DNA from: a virus | Lineage: Duplodnaviria; Caudoviricetes | IMG/VR virus record: IMGVR_UViG_3300027819_000019 | Coordinates: 1-44,874 of that record | DNA length: 44,874 bases | Strand: one strand, 5' to 3' | Part shown: positions 7,983-18,012 of the stretch, one piece after another | How the letters are laid out: the number at the start of each line of letters is the position of its first letter | Position numbering within the stretch: the stretch's first letter is position 1 | Made by a program: the position numbers and the translations under genes | Notes under the pieces: generated by a model | Databases searched by the model: none | Seen by the model: the letters and a program-made list of their open reading frames with translations, nothing else | What the model was told of the DNA's origin: nothing

Positions 7983-10900
7983 GTGGCGCGCATCGCCGCT
8001 GCCATCCTGGCCTACAACGCCGAGAGCAAACTCCCCGAACTCCTGAAGTCACTGAAGGGCCACGTCGATGTACTCGTCATCGGCATCGACGCCAAGACCA
8101 CCGACTCGACGAAAGCCATCGCGGAGAAGGCCGGGGCCGTCGTCTATGACGCCCCGGACGTTCTCACGCTGAACGGGGGCTTTGCGGAGGCTCGCAACAC
8201 CCTCTTCTCCCACATCCCGGCCGATGTCGAGTGGGTCATGTGGATAGACACCGACGACGTGTTCTGCGCCGACCGCAACCTCCACGATGTCGTGGCCGAG
8301 ATTCCCGCGAACCTCTCCGGCATCGCGCTCCCTTACGCCTACTTCCGCGACGAGTACGGCAACCTCACGACGATCTTCGACCGCGAGCGGGTCATCCGGA
8401 TGGCCTGCGAGCCGTTCTGGGTCGGGCCGCTCCACGAAACCTGTCAGGTCAAGAAGGGTGGCGAGTGGGGCAGACCCTATGGCGACCCGAAGGACGCGCC
8501 CTGCTGGGTCGAGCACAAGAACCGCAAGGAGGAATCCGAGAAGGGCACCCGCAACTTCTCGCTCCTCTGGAAGTGGTTGGAGCAGGAGCCGGAGAACTCC
8601 CGCGTCCACTGGTACCTCGGCATGCAGTACTTCGCCGGGCTGGACTACGAGAAGGCCGCCCAGCGGTTCCTCCTCGCCGTCGAGAAGAAGCCGGGCATCA
8701 ACCTCGAAGCGTGGCAGGCGCTCGTCTTCGCGGGCAAGGCGTTCAAGAACCTGAACCAGAACGAGAAGGCCATCGAGTGCGCCAACCGCGCCATGATGAT
8801 GTACCCGGACCTCGCGGACTCGTACCACGACATGGCCCAGGCGTATCAGGCGCTTCGGAGCTTCGACCGGGCTATCTGGTGGCACGAGCAGGGCATCACC
8901 AAGAGCCGTCCGAGCGGGCCGGTCATGACGAACCCGCTCGACTACGACTACAACCCCTACTGCATCATCCACACCTCCTACGCCGCGCTCGGACGACTCG
9001 ACGAGGCCGCCGGGAAGCTCGCCAAGGCGCTCGCCATCCGACCGAAGGACCCCGACCTCCGCCGCGCAGGCGCTGGCTACCAGCGGCTCGTCGGTCGCGC
9101 GTCGGCCATCAAGGGCGGCCTCACGCTCGCCTCGCACCTCTACGAAACCTCCGAGGTCGAGAAGGCGCGCACCGTGCTGGACTGCCTCCCCGCTGGAACG
9201 CGCGAGGCGGTCGCGGATGTCGGCAACGCCATGAACGCCGTGGAGCAGCGGTTGTTCACGCTGCACGACGACAACGTGTACGAGAACGCCTACTTCGTTG
9301 ACCAGGAGAAGGACGACAAGTCCAACCCCCGACTCGACTGGATCGTGAACCGACTCCAGGGCGCCAAGAAGGTCCTCTGGGTCGGCGCCGGCAACAGCGC
9401 CGGACCGTTCGCGCTCGCGGAGCGCGGGGTCAAGGTCGTCGTGGTGGACATCAACAGCCGCAAGGTCAAGCAGGGCAACTTCTCCGCCGTCAAGCGGGGC
9501 TTCCTGAAGAAGCGATACGTCAAGGACCAAGGCAAGTCGCTCCCTGTTCTCATGAAGAAGGGCGAGCACGACCCCGACCTTCCCGTTCAGTTCTGGTACG
9601 GCTGGGGCGAACGTCTGCCGAAGGCCGCCCTCGCGCTCGCGCCCTACGACGCTGTGGTCTGCGGCTCGCTCCTCGGCCGCGTGCGCGACCCCGACGCGCT
9701 CATCACCTCGCTGGAATCGCTCAACTGTCCCATCATCCACACGCTCCCCGATGGGGCGTTCCCGATGCCCGTCGAACGGGACTCCGGCGTCATGCGCCTA
9801 TGGTCGCGTGTCGAGCTGGAGAACCGCTACCTCACGCGAGGGCGCATCGTCGATGCCCACACGCTCCGCGAAGCGCAGGACACCATCGGCTTCGCCTACG
9901 AGCCGGACAAGAACTGGTGGGGCGCCGAGCATCCGTCGGTCACCATCTACTGCGGCCCGGGCTGGGAGGACTGGAACCCTGACCAGATTGACGCGCAGGG
10001 ACTCGGCGGCTCCGAGACTGCGGTCGTGCTCCTCGCCAAGGAGTTCGTCGCCAAGGGACTCCGGGTCATGGTGTACGGACCGTCCGAGGGCACCTGGGAT
10101 GGCGTCCACTACCGCCACTGGTCGAAGTTCAACCCGCAGGCCCGTCAGTGGATGTTCGTCTCGTGGCGCAATCCCGCCATGTTCGACACCCCCATCGACG
10201 CCGAGGTCAAGGTGCTTTGGGTGCACGACACCGACTACCGCGACCTCGTGACCGAGAAGCGCATGGCCGAGGTGGACCACGTCTGGGTCATGTCCGAGTG
10301 GCACCGCAAGCACTGGTCAGACCTATACCCGTTCAGCGCCGACAAGACGCTGGTCGTGGGCAACGGACTCGACCCCGAGCGTTTCACGGGAAACATCGAG
10401 CGCGACCCCAACCGCATCATCTACTCCTCCTCGCCCGATCGCGGCTTGGAGCAGTTGGCTGGATACTGGCCGAAGATTCGAGAGGCGCTGCCTGACGCCC
10501 AACTCGACATCTACTACGACTGGGTGAACTTCGACCTCATGGGCGGCCCCGCCGACTACAAGGCAAAGGTCATGGCACTCTGTCGGCAGGATGGCATAAA
10601 CTGGCGTGGGCGGGTCGGCCAGAGGGCGCTGGCGCAGTCGTTGATGGGCGCCAGCGCCCTCCTCTACCCCGGCCCACACGACTTCTGCGAGACGTTCGGC
10701 ATCACCTTCCTCGAAGCGCAGGCCGCCGGGTGCGTCCCGGTGACGCGCGACAACGGCGCTCTCCCGGAGACAAACAGGTACGGTATCGTTCTCCCCAACG
10801 ACTCCTCGGTGGACGAGTGGGTAACGGCGCTCCAAGACGCCCTATCCCGCCCCGAAGCCGAGCGCACCAAGATGCGGCTCTGGGCAGCGTCCCAGACGTG

Positions 10901-10994
10901 GGCCGAAGTGGCGAACCGAATCATCGCGGGGGCGGTAGCCGGACAAAAGGCTCTGCCCGCCTCGGTCGAAACGGCCGAGGACATAGGAGACTGA
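7983..10994 (+). CDS. Multidomain glycosyltransferase: GT2 (GT-A) + TPR + degenerate SAM-methyltransferase-like domain + GT4-like (GT-B)
   Basis: FAEARN, WIDTDD, GPLHE; helical repeats; VLWVGAG..VVVVDIN..YDAVVC; GLGGSET, YSSSPDRGL, ETFGITFLEAQAAG. Confidence 0.88.
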   Translation: MARIAAAILAYNAESKLPELLKSLKGHVDVLVIGIDAKTTDSTKAIAEKAGAVVYDAPDVLTLNGGFAEARNTLFSHIPADVEWVMWIDTDDVFCADRNLHDVVAEIPANLSGIALPYAYFRDEYGNLTTIFDRERVIRMACEPFWVGPLHETCQVKKGGEWGRPYGDPKDAPCWVEHKNRKEESEKGTRNFSLLWKWLEQEPENSRVHWYLGMQYFAGLDYEKAAQRFLLAVEKKPGINLEAWQALVFAGKAFKNLNQNEKAIECANRAMMMYPDLADSYHDMAQAYQALRSFDRAIWWHEQGITKSRPSGPVMTNPLDYDYNPYCIIHTSYAALGRLDEAAGKLAKALAIRPKDPDLRRAGAGYQRLVGRASAIKGGLTLASHLYETSEVEKARTVLDCLPAGTREAVADVGNAMNAVEQRLFTLHDDNVYENAYFVDQEKDDKSNPRLDWIVNRLQGAKKVLWVGAGNSAGPFALAERGVKVVVVDINSRKVKQGNFSAVKRGFLKKRYVKDQGKSLPVLMKKGEHDPDLPVQFWYGWGERLPKAALALAPYDAVVCGSLLGRVRDPDALITSLESLNCPIIHTLPDGAFPMPVERDSGVMRLWSRVELENRYLTRGRIVDAHTLREAQDTIGFAYEPDKNWWGAEHPSVTIYCGPGWEDWNPDQIDAQGLGGSETAVVLLAKEFVAKGLRVMVYGPSEGTWDGVHYRHWSKFNPQARQWMFVSWRNPAMFDTPIDAEVKVLWVHDTDYRDLVTEKRMAEVDHVWVMSEWHRKHWSDLYPFSADKTLVVGNGLDPERFTGNIERDPNRIIYSSSPDRGLEQLAGYWPKIREALPDAQLDIYYDWVNFDLMGGPADYKAKVMALCRQDGINWRGRVGQRALAQSLMGASALLYPGPHDFCETFGITFLEAQAAGCVPVTRDNGALPETNRYGIVLPNDSSVDEWVTALQDALSRPEAERTKMRLWAASQTWAEVANRIIAGAVAGQKALPASVETAEDIGD

Positions 10995-10995
10995 A

Positions 10996-11670
10996 ATGCC
11001 TGCCAGCAACACCTCGCGCAGGGACACCTACTACACCGGAGACAACGCCAGCGGCGCGGCCGAGGGCCACCTCTGGGTGGACTCCACGAACAACTCCATC
11101 CGGGTGTTCCGAAACGGCGCGTGGCGCAACCCGGGGACTCAGACGCTCGCCGGCACAACGACCGTCACCACGCTCACCTCGACAACGGTCAACAACTCCG
11201 GCCTCACCACCTCGGCGAACGTCACGGTCCAGAGCCTTCTGCTCACCGACACGTTCCGCGCTACGGGCGTAGCGTCGCTCGCGGCCACGAACGTCAACGG
11301 GGCGCTGACCACGCTCAGCGCCGCGGTCGCCAGCCTTGCGACGGCCGACACGCTCCGTGTGACTGGCGTTGCCTCTCTCGCGGCAACGAACGTCAACGGC
11401 GCCCTCACGGTCGAAGGTCCCGGCGTTTCGTTCACCACGCCCGCGGCGGGCACGACCGGGAAGGTCGTTCTCGGTACCGCAGCGGTTCCGACCTCCGCGA
11501 CCAGCACCTCTGGCTTCGTCCAGATTTCCGCCCTGCCGGGCACGCCGGTTGGGCAGTCCGCAGTCCCGGCCGCCGGAACCTTTTTCCTCTCGTTCGACAC
11601 CACTCGCAACACGCTTATCGTCAACAAGGCGGGCTCGTGGTTCGCGGTCCCGTCGCTCACCATCTACTAG
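10996..11670 (+). CDS. Ser/Thr-rich putative virion fibre or decoration protein
   Basis: Very high T/S/A/V/G content, 33-aa tandem repeat, followed by a hairpin. Confidence 0.6.
   Translation: MPASNTSRRDTYYTGDNASGAAEGHLWVDSTNNSIRVFRNGAWRNPGTQTLAGTTTVTTLTSTTVNNSGLTTSANVTVQSLLLTDTFRATGVASLAATNVNGALTTLSAAVASLATADTLRVTGVASLAATNVNGALTVEGPGVSFTTPAAGTTGKVVLGTAAVPTSATSTSGFVQISALPGTPVGQSAVPAAGTFFLSFDTTRNTLIVNKAGSWFAVPSLTIY
11248..11409 (+). repeat. Intragenic repeat, 99-bp period (DT[F/L]R[A/V]TGVASLAATNVNGALT x2)
   Basis: Protein copies nearly identical with many synonymous differences. Confidence 0.85.
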
Positions 11671-11683
11671 CAGAATCGGGAAC

Positions 11684-11705
11684 GGTGGGGGGTAACACCC
11701 CCACC
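11684..11705. terminator. Hairpin after the Ser/Thr-rich gene
   Basis: GGTGGGGG / CCCCCACC 8-bp stem, no U-tract. Confidence 0.4.
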
Positions 11706-11719
11706 CAACTCGGAGGAAT

Positions 11720-12400
11720 GTGAAACCCAAAGTCTCGCTCATCCTCGCAACCATCGACGCCCTCGCCCCGCACAAGGTCACCCTGCGACTCCTCAAAGAA
11801 GCACGCGAGCACGGCATCGTCACCGTGGTCGGCGTGGACCGGCGCACCACAGACGGGACACTGGACGCTATCCGTACACTTACCGACCACCTCGTCGAGG
11901 TGACGAACGACACGTGCTACTGCGAAGAGGTGCTGAACGAGATTGCGGACCAGGTGGAAACGGACTACGGCTTCTGGGTCTGTGACGACGAGCTGCCGAG
12001 CGGGCAGTTGTGGCAGTTGGCCGGCGACACCAAGAAGTACAACGACCGCATCCTCCGACCCACCATCATCTCCCCGCTCCCCGGCTGGACCGCAGCCTAC
12101 AAGCCCCTCATCACCTACCAGCCACGCCTGTTCCGCATGGACTCGTTCCGCTGGACCGGCGGCGGCATGGACCGCCTCGCCATGCGCGCGCTGCCGGAGC
12201 ACGACACCCCCGAAGTCCTCTGGCACTTCAACCTCTGGGCCGCCCGCAAGAGCCGCGAGGAGAAGACCGCCGCCCACGAGAAGGCGTGGCACGAAGCATG
12301 GCAGTACCACCCGTGGCCGCCGAGCAGCAAGAAGGCATATCTCTGGGAGGACTACCCTGACGAGGTCACGTCACTAGACCCATGGAAGGAATACCGATGA
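11720..12400 (+). CDS. Glycosyltransferase, GT2-like (GT-A fold)
   Basis: KVSLILAT, VD..TTDGT, FWVCDDE, YQPRLFR, LWH. Confidence 0.75.
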   Translation: MKPKVSLILATIDALAPHKVTLRLLKEAREHGIVTVVGVDRRTTDGTLDAIRTLTDHLVEVTNDTCYCEEVLNEIADQVETDYGFWVCDDELPSGQLWQLAGDTKKYNDRILRPTIISPLPGWTAAYKPLITYQPRLFRMDSFRWTGGGMDRLAMRALPEHDTPEVLWHFNLWAARKSREEKTAAHEKAWHEAWQYHPWPPSSKKAYLWEDYPDEVTSLDPWKEYR

Positions 12401-12582
12401 GCGAACCTATCGTGTTTCACGCGAACCTCAGCGGGACCAATACCTCATCGCGCTGGCTCACGCTCTCTAACGAGGGGGATGCGAAGGTCGTGCTGGAAGC
12501 GAGTGCGAGCGAGTTGGCGAGCATCATGAGGATGGCGACCCTCGGGAAGAAGTTGCTCCGCATCACGGTCGAGGTCCAGTGA
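12397..12582 (+). CDS. Small hypothetical protein
   Basis: ATGA and GTGA overlaps with both neighbours. Confidence 0.6.
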   Translation: MSEPIVFHANLSGTNTSSRWLTLSNEGDAKVVLEASASELASIMRMATLGKKLLRITVEVQ

Positions 12583-13478
12583 AGATAGGCTTTTCGAGCG
12601 GATATTTGGAGGCGTACTGGGGCACTGACTGGTTCAACGCAACGCAAATCGGCGGAAGCGAGCATCTTCTTGTGGAGGTGGCGTGTGAACTGGCTCGGCA
12701 AGGCCACGAGGTTTCTGTTCGCCTTCCGTATCCCAGTGTCGCCCTCGCTCATCGTGGCGTTGTCTGGCTGGGTCAAGAGGCCGCGCCGCAGGAGTACGAT
12801 GCACTCTTCTGCTTCGACGACCACGCTCGGCGGGACCACGCGGGTCGCACGGCTCTGGTTGTCTGCCGATCCGACCCGCCCATCACAACGAACTTCGACG
12901 AGCTCATCTTCCTATCCGCTCACCATGCTCGGTTCTTGGGTCATGCCGGACGACCACACGTAGGAGGAGGTGTCAACCTCGCGGACTACGCGGGCGAATC
13001 GAAGCGGACGAAGGGGCTTGTGCTATGTACCTCCTCTCCCGACAGATGTCAGGCCGCGTTCGCCATTGGGGCTGCGTTCCCCCGGTTTGTGTTCACGTAC
13101 AAGCCCGTTCAGGGACTCCCGCCGACCCGGCAGGTGACCCGCGAAGAACTGGTGAAACTCCAGCGGTCGGCGCAGGTGCTCATCTACCCGCTCGACCCCC
13201 GTCGCCCCTCAGACTTCTTCTCGATGGCGGTTTTGGAGGCGATGGCGGCGGGGACCCCGGTGGTGGTGACTGACGCCGACTCCATGCCGGAGTTGTGGTC
13301 CGAAGCCGCTGCGGTCCTCCCTAGGCCCGTACGATTGGCGGAGTGGGTCGAAACGGTGGAGAACATCCTTGACAACCGTCCGCGCTGGCAGGCGCTCTCT
13401 GGGGCCGGTACGGCGGTCGCTAGGGGGTATGCTTGGGACGTGGTCGCCAAGAAGTACCTGGCCGCCCTAGGAGCCTAG
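12579..13478 (+). CDS. Glycosyltransferase, GT4-like (GT-B fold)
   Basis: IGGSE, TSSPDR, DFFSMAVLEAMAAGTPVV; shares motifs with the C-terminal domain of 7983-10994. Confidence 0.85.
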   Translation: MKIGFSSGYLEAYWGTDWFNATQIGGSEHLLVEVACELARQGHEVSVRLPYPSVALAHRGVVWLGQEAAPQEYDALFCFDDHARRDHAGRTALVVCRSDPPITTNFDELIFLSAHHARFLGHAGRPHVGGGVNLADYAGESKRTKGLVLCTSSPDRCQAAFAIGAAFPRFVFTYKPVQGLPPTRQVTREELVKLQRSAQVLIYPLDPRRPSDFFSMAVLEAMAAGTPVVVTDADSMPELWSEAAAVLPRPVRLAEWVETVENILDNRPRWQALSGAGTAVARGYAWDVVAKKYLAALGA

Positions 13479-13481
13479 ACC

Positions 13482-14330
13482 GTGCCGATTACCCTCCTTG
13501 CGCTAGAGGAAGATACCGTCCGGGGGATGGGGCTGGGCCTCCTGACGCAGGGGACCGTCCCGGCAACGGGTGGGACCACAACCTACCTCATCGACGCGAA
13601 CAGGCAGGAGCCGGACGGCGAGTACGACCGGGTGGATGCCTTCATCAAGTTCACCAACGGGCTTGGGGTGGCCTCGGTCAACAACGGGCTCGTCCGCCCC
13701 ATCACGGGCTTCTCCACGGGCAACCAGTCCATCACCTTCGCTCCGGCGCTCGTGGCCTCCGTGCCGTCCGGCACGACCTACGACATCTTCAAGAACTACG
13801 GCCCGAACGACGACGTGCGACTCGCCATCAACTCCGGCATCCGAGACATCTGGGGCACCCGGAACGTCTACACCATCGCCACGACGCACGAGCCCGCCGG
13901 ACTCACGACCCACATCCTCTCGGTCCCCTCCGCCGCGGCGAACGCCATTACGCAACTCGTGAAGGTCGAGCGCCCGGTCGGCAGCATCAACACCGACTAC
14001 GACTGGCGGGAGTTGCGGCTGGGTCAGGACTACAACGTCGTGGACGATGCCGGAGCCATCTCCATCACGCTCAACTACGTGACGGTCGCCTCGACGGTCC
14101 TGCGCCTCACGGGCGTCCGCCCCGCCGCCGAACTCACGAACGACACGGACATCACGCAGGAGCCCGCCCACCTCATCGTCCTCGCAGCCCGTAAGTTCCT
14201 CGCCCTCCAAGACCCCAGCGCGAAGGCCGATGTGGAGAAGTGGGGTCGAGAGTTGGAGAACGCCAAGTTCGAATACTTCCGGGTCCACGAACCCCAAAGC
14301 CTGAACGTGCCGCGTTTCCGGGTGGGCTAG
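13482..14330 (+). CDS. Putative head-tail adaptor
   Basis: Size, position, D.VRLAINSGIRDIW and P..LIVLAARKF patterns; inference. Confidence 0.55.
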   Translation: MPITLLALEEDTVRGMGLGLLTQGTVPATGGTTTYLIDANRQEPDGEYDRVDAFIKFTNGLGVASVNNGLVRPITGFSTGNQSITFAPALVASVPSGTTYDIFKNYGPNDDVRLAINSGIRDIWGTRNVYTIATTHEPAGLTTHILSVPSAAANAITQLVKVERPVGSINTDYDWRELRLGQDYNVVDDAGAISITLNYVTVASTVLRLTGVRPAAELTNDTDITQEPAHLIVLAARKFLALQDPSAKADVEKWGRELENAKFEYFRVHEPQSLNVPRFRVG

Positions 14331-14331
14331 G

Positions 14332-16161
14332 ATGCCGCTCGGCGCACCAGCGACCTTCGTCAAAATCGGGAACTTCCGGTTCGACCTCGCGGAGCAGAAC
14401 GCCCACTCCGCCGTGGACACCGATTACTCCCCCGGCGGAGCGGCGGAGTTCACCAAGGACGACTTCTCCGCCGGGATGCTCACCGCCGACCAGGGCGTCT
14501 ACGACGCGGGCACCCCGCAGTACACCTCGGCCAAGGGCGTCGATGCGGCCTTCGCCCATCAACTGATTCTCCAGCCCGCCGCGACGACGGTGACGAACGC
14601 GGGGACCGCCTTCCCCGGTGACCCCATCAAGCAGGTGGACTTCACGCCGACCGGCGCGAGCAACACCGCGTTCCTCATCACCGCCGGGCGGAACGTCTAC
14701 AAGTACAGCGCGGGAACGTGGATAGACGCCCGCGACCTCGGGGCCTTCACCGCCTCGGACATCATCGTCCACGGCGCCACGCTCGGAATCGCCTACACGA
14801 GCGGACACCAGTACACCACCGATGCCACGAACTGGACGACCGACAACACCGACGCCGACCGCTTCGGGGTGCTGAACCAGAACCTCTGGCGCGCGGTGCG
14901 GCCGAACAGCATCTACTCGGCGACCGCCTTCGGCGGGACGTGGAGCGCCGCGTACACCGTGGCCGACTCGACGTACAACATCAACAGCATCACGGGTGTC
15001 GAGCAGTTGCTCATGATCGGCAAAGAGGATGGCCTCTACACGGTGGACGCCGAGGGCACCATCATCCCGCTCACCCCAGAGCTTCGGCCACAAGCGAACG
15101 CCAACTTCGCCTCACTTCGGGCGGTGGTGACGTTCAACAACGACTTCTACTTTCGCACGCTGAACGGCGTCATCAAGATTGCGGCGAACGACGGGCTGAA
15201 GTACCGGGTCGGCCTTGACCAGCTCGCCTCCCCCGACCTCCCCACGGTGGTCGTTCAGGCGATGTGCGCCGACGACCGCTACCTCTACGCCCTCTGCGCG
15301 AACACGTCGAATGACCTCATGATTCTTCGCCGAGCGTTCAAGGGCTCGTGGCATGTGTTCTGGTGGGATGGCACGGCGGGCACGAAGGTCGGCAAGCACA
15401 TCGACATCAGCGCCGCACCGGGATTCCCCGCGCTGTTCTTCTCCTACTCGGACGGAGCCACGACCTACACGACGAAGTACATCCGCCTCTCGACCTACCC
15501 GAACGCGGTGGACGACTCCAACTACACCTACAGCACGGAGTCGCAGAACCACCTCATCCGCCTCGGCCGCTGGGGCTCGCCCGACGCCCCGACGCTCTTC
15601 GACCGCTGCGTCATCAAGAGTCGCAACCTCAGCGCGAACGTCACGGTGACGCCGTACTACTCCGTGGACGGCGGGGCCATCACGCAGTTCGGGTCCTCGT
15701 CGGCCACCTCCTCGCCGCTCGCCACCATCACCCCCGCCGCCCCGCCCGCCGGGCACCTCTACGACTTCTACCTGTACCTCGTCACGAACACCTCGACGAC
15801 CACGCCGGTCGTGACGAGCGTGTCGTTCCAGGGCATCAAGCGCCCCGGACGCAGGCGGGTCCATGTGTTCACCATCACCGCCAAGAGTCACGAGCCGACC
15901 GCGCGCGGCGGCAACCTCCGTCAGTCTCCGGTGTCCGTCTACACGAACATCAACGCGCTGCGTGACACCAACGTCTACGTCACGGTGACGGACGAGAACC
16001 AGCAGCAGTTCAGCGGCCTCGTCACGCAGGTCCAGAAGGTTTCCGACTCCACGACCAAGAGCGACACCGAGCCGGGGCAGACGTTCAAGGTGACGGTGGT
16101 CGAAGCCCCGACGACGGTCGGAGCGCTCTCGTTCACGTACGGTCAGGCCGTGTACACGTGA
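14332..16161 (+). CDS. Putative tail nozzle / beta-propeller tail protein
   Basis: 609 aa, beta-rich, Thr/Ser-rich, follows the adaptor as in podoviruses. Confidence 0.55.
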   Translation: MPLGAPATFVKIGNFRFDLAEQNAHSAVDTDYSPGGAAEFTKDDFSAGMLTADQGVYDAGTPQYTSAKGVDAAFAHQLILQPAATTVTNAGTAFPGDPIKQVDFTPTGASNTAFLITAGRNVYKYSAGTWIDARDLGAFTASDIIVHGATLGIAYTSGHQYTTDATNWTTDNTDADRFGVLNQNLWRAVRPNSIYSATAFGGTWSAAYTVADSTYNINSITGVEQLLMIGKEDGLYTVDAEGTIIPLTPELRPQANANFASLRAVVTFNNDFYFRTLNGVIKIAANDGLKYRVGLDQLASPDLPTVVVQAMCADDRYLYALCANTSNDLMILRRAFKGSWHVFWWDGTAGTKVGKHIDISAAPGFPALFFSYSDGATTYTTKYIRLSTYPNAVDDSNYTYSTESQNHLIRLGRWGSPDAPTLFDRCVIKSRNLSANVTVTPYYSVDGGAITQFGSSSATSSPLATITPAAPPAGHLYDFYLYLVTNTSTTTPVVTSVSFQGIKRPGRRRVHVFTITAKSHEPTARGGNLRQSPVSVYTNINALRDTNVYVTVTDENQQQFSGLVTQVQKVSDSTTKSDTEPGQTFKVTVVEAPTTVGALSFTYGQAVYT

Positions 16162-16712
16162 CACAAGAAGGTAACTTCGGCAAACCGCTCGGCCGCTTCG
16201 GGGTCAAGAACCCCATCATGTCGCCCGGTCGTTCGCTCGGCGGCAACAAGACGTGGACGACGCTGAACAACGTGAACGCTGGGACAGGCACATACTCCTC
16301 GACCAATGTTGGGTCGTATATCTACCTGTTCAGCGGGAACATCGTGACGGTCGGCTACGGCTTCACGGCGCTCCAAGTTCTCGCCCAAGCGCAACTGCGT
16401 CACTCTGGGGCGCCCGCGAGCGTGGACTTCCTGTTCTTCATGGACTACGGGAACGGCACCGGAACTGGGGTGTATGGTCCGTACTCACTTTCGGAAACGA
16501 TCCCATCGGCAACCCGCTACAAGACCCTCACTCTTTCTCGGACCTTCCCCCTTGACACCGTCGGGGCGTCCCAGGCTCCAGGTCTTCACACCATCGGACT
16601 TGTGGTCCGCAACAACACCGCCGGGACGCTCGACATGGGGGCCGCTGGGGCCTCCGGCACCATGAACTTCATCGACACGATGGAAGTCTCGTGGAAGGCC
16701 GCCAATGCCTAA
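16158..16712 (+). CDS. Putative tail-associated structural protein
   Basis: Beta-rich, G.HTI.L..R motif, coupled to neighbours. Confidence 0.5.
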   Translation: MTQEGNFGKPLGRFGVKNPIMSPGRSLGGNKTWTTLNNVNAGTGTYSSTNVGSYIYLFSGNIVTVGYGFTALQVLAQAQLRHSGAPASVDFLFFMDYGNGTGTGVYGPYSLSETIPSATRYKTLTLSRTFPLDTVGASQAPGLHTIGLVVRNNTAGTLDMGAAGASGTMNFIDTMEVSWKAANA

Positions 16713-16902
16713 CCAGATGCCCGGTCCAGACACCGACACCATGATTCCGGTGTCCTCGGCGCTGCCAGTTGAGAACCTCCACGCCTCCCTCAAAAAGCAC
16801 CCCGGATTCAACGGAATCGTACGCAGGGGTGGTGACACCTTCGCCGTGTTCAGCAAAAAGCCATCGGATGCCATAATCAAGGCTGTGAAGGACACCACGT
16901 AG
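16705..16902 (+). CDS. Small hypothetical protein
   Basis: 8-nt overlap with the upstream gene, abuts the downstream ATG. Confidence 0.55.
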   Translation: MPNQMPGPDTDTMIPVSSALPVENLHASLKKHPGFNGIVRRGGDTFAVFSKKPSDAIIKAVKDTT

Positions 16903-18012
16903 ATGCCGATGGCGAATGTCTCCACCGGGCAGGTCATCGCGGCGAACGACCACAACTCCATCGTCGCCGCGATCAAGGGCACGACGGGCGAGAACCTGAC
17001 CGTCTTCACGAAGGGCGCGGACCTTGCCTCGGCCTCGGCGCTCGTGCTCGGCACGGACGGCAACTACTTCGATGTGACCGGGGCGGTCACTATCACCAGC
17101 ATCTCGACACTTCCCGCAGGAACGGTCATCAAGCTTCAGTTCGACTCCACCCCAGTCCTGACCCACAACGCCACCACCCTCATCCTCCAGGGTGCGGTCA
17201 ACTACACCGCCGCCGCCGGGGATGTGTTCGAGTTCATTTCCGAGGGCTCGGGAAACTGGCGGGAGACTGGGCGGAGCCTGAACGCGATGGGGGCCTCTGT
17301 CGGCTCTACGGCGACCAGTGTGGCCTCGGCGTGGGGCGCCACCCCGTCGCTCACATTTAGCACCACCAACGCGGCCGGGACCGGGGTGGAGTTCGTTCGC
17401 CGCAACGCCACCATCGCGCTGTTCGACACCACCGTCGCCCGCGCGCTCGCGTTTGGCGACGTTGGGACGGTCGGGTCATCTGGCGGCTTCGCCGCGCATG
17501 TCCTGCACGGGCACCCGTTCGCCCTCGGCGCGGCGGTCGTGCCGAGCACGGGAAACCTGTTGAGCGTGGCGTCCACAAACGGAAACCTCCAGTGGGCAGC
17601 CGCCGCATCGGGCAGCACCATCAACATCAAGGAAATCCTCTATCAGCGGGTCGCCACCAACGAGACCACGACGAGCACCTCGGCGGGCGACCTTACGACC
17701 GTGATGACCCTCACGACGGGGTCGGCCACGCTCAACGACAAACTGATGGTCCGCGCGAAGTGCGATACAGGCAACAGCGTAACGGCGCAGGGCTCCATCA
17801 TGTATTCCAAACTCGATGCTGCCGCTGCCGTCATTGGCGCGCAGCTAAATCTCAACGGAGCCCCGGCGAACGCCTACTTCGGTATCTCTCTCATAGCCAA
17901 TGAGACAGGGCTATCCGCTGCGACGCATACGGAGAAGATTCAATACAGCACAACCGGCACGGACACGTCCGCCTTCCGCAATCGGGACTTCGAGGTTGAG
18001 CGTTATGCGTAA
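16903..18012 (+). CDS. Putative tail fibre / receptor-binding protein
   Basis: V.TGQVI.A.DHN N-terminus, KGADLASAS..GNYFDVTG...ITS fibre motif, Thr/Ser-rich. Confidence 0.7.
   Translation: MPMANVSTGQVIAANDHNSIVAAIKGTTGENLTVFTKGADLASASALVLGTDGNYFDVTGAVTITSISTLPAGTVIKLQFDSTPVLTHNATTLILQGAVNYTAAAGDVFEFISEGSGNWRETGRSLNAMGASVGSTATSVASAWGATPSLTFSTTNAAGTGVEFVRRNATIALFDTTVARALAFGDVGTVGSSGGFAAHVLHGHPFALGAAVVPSTGNLLSVASTNGNLQWAAAASGSTINIKEILYQRVATNETTTSTSAGDLTTVMTLTTGSATLNDKLMVRAKCDTGNSVTAQGSIMYSKLDAAAAVIGAQLNLNGAPANAYFGISLIANETGLSAATHTEKIQYSTTGTDTSAFRNRDFEVERYA

Noticed and set aside
8049-9740. Long antisense ORFs (also 1819-3045, 15112-16164, 39245-40354, 42775-44445)
   Set aside because: Shadow frames of high-GC genes with no motifs
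16706-16717. TGCCTAACCAGA shared with 44370-44381 (both genes start MPNQ)
   Set aside because: Only 12 bp, partly forced by the 8-nt overlap, and the proteins are otherwise unrelated
7980-16905. Genome-wide TAG recoding, suggested by in-frame TAG junctions at 7982/7983, 13478/13482 and 16902/16903
   Set aside because: Core genes are full length with no internal TAG, each downstream gene has its own start, and no suppressor tRNA is seen
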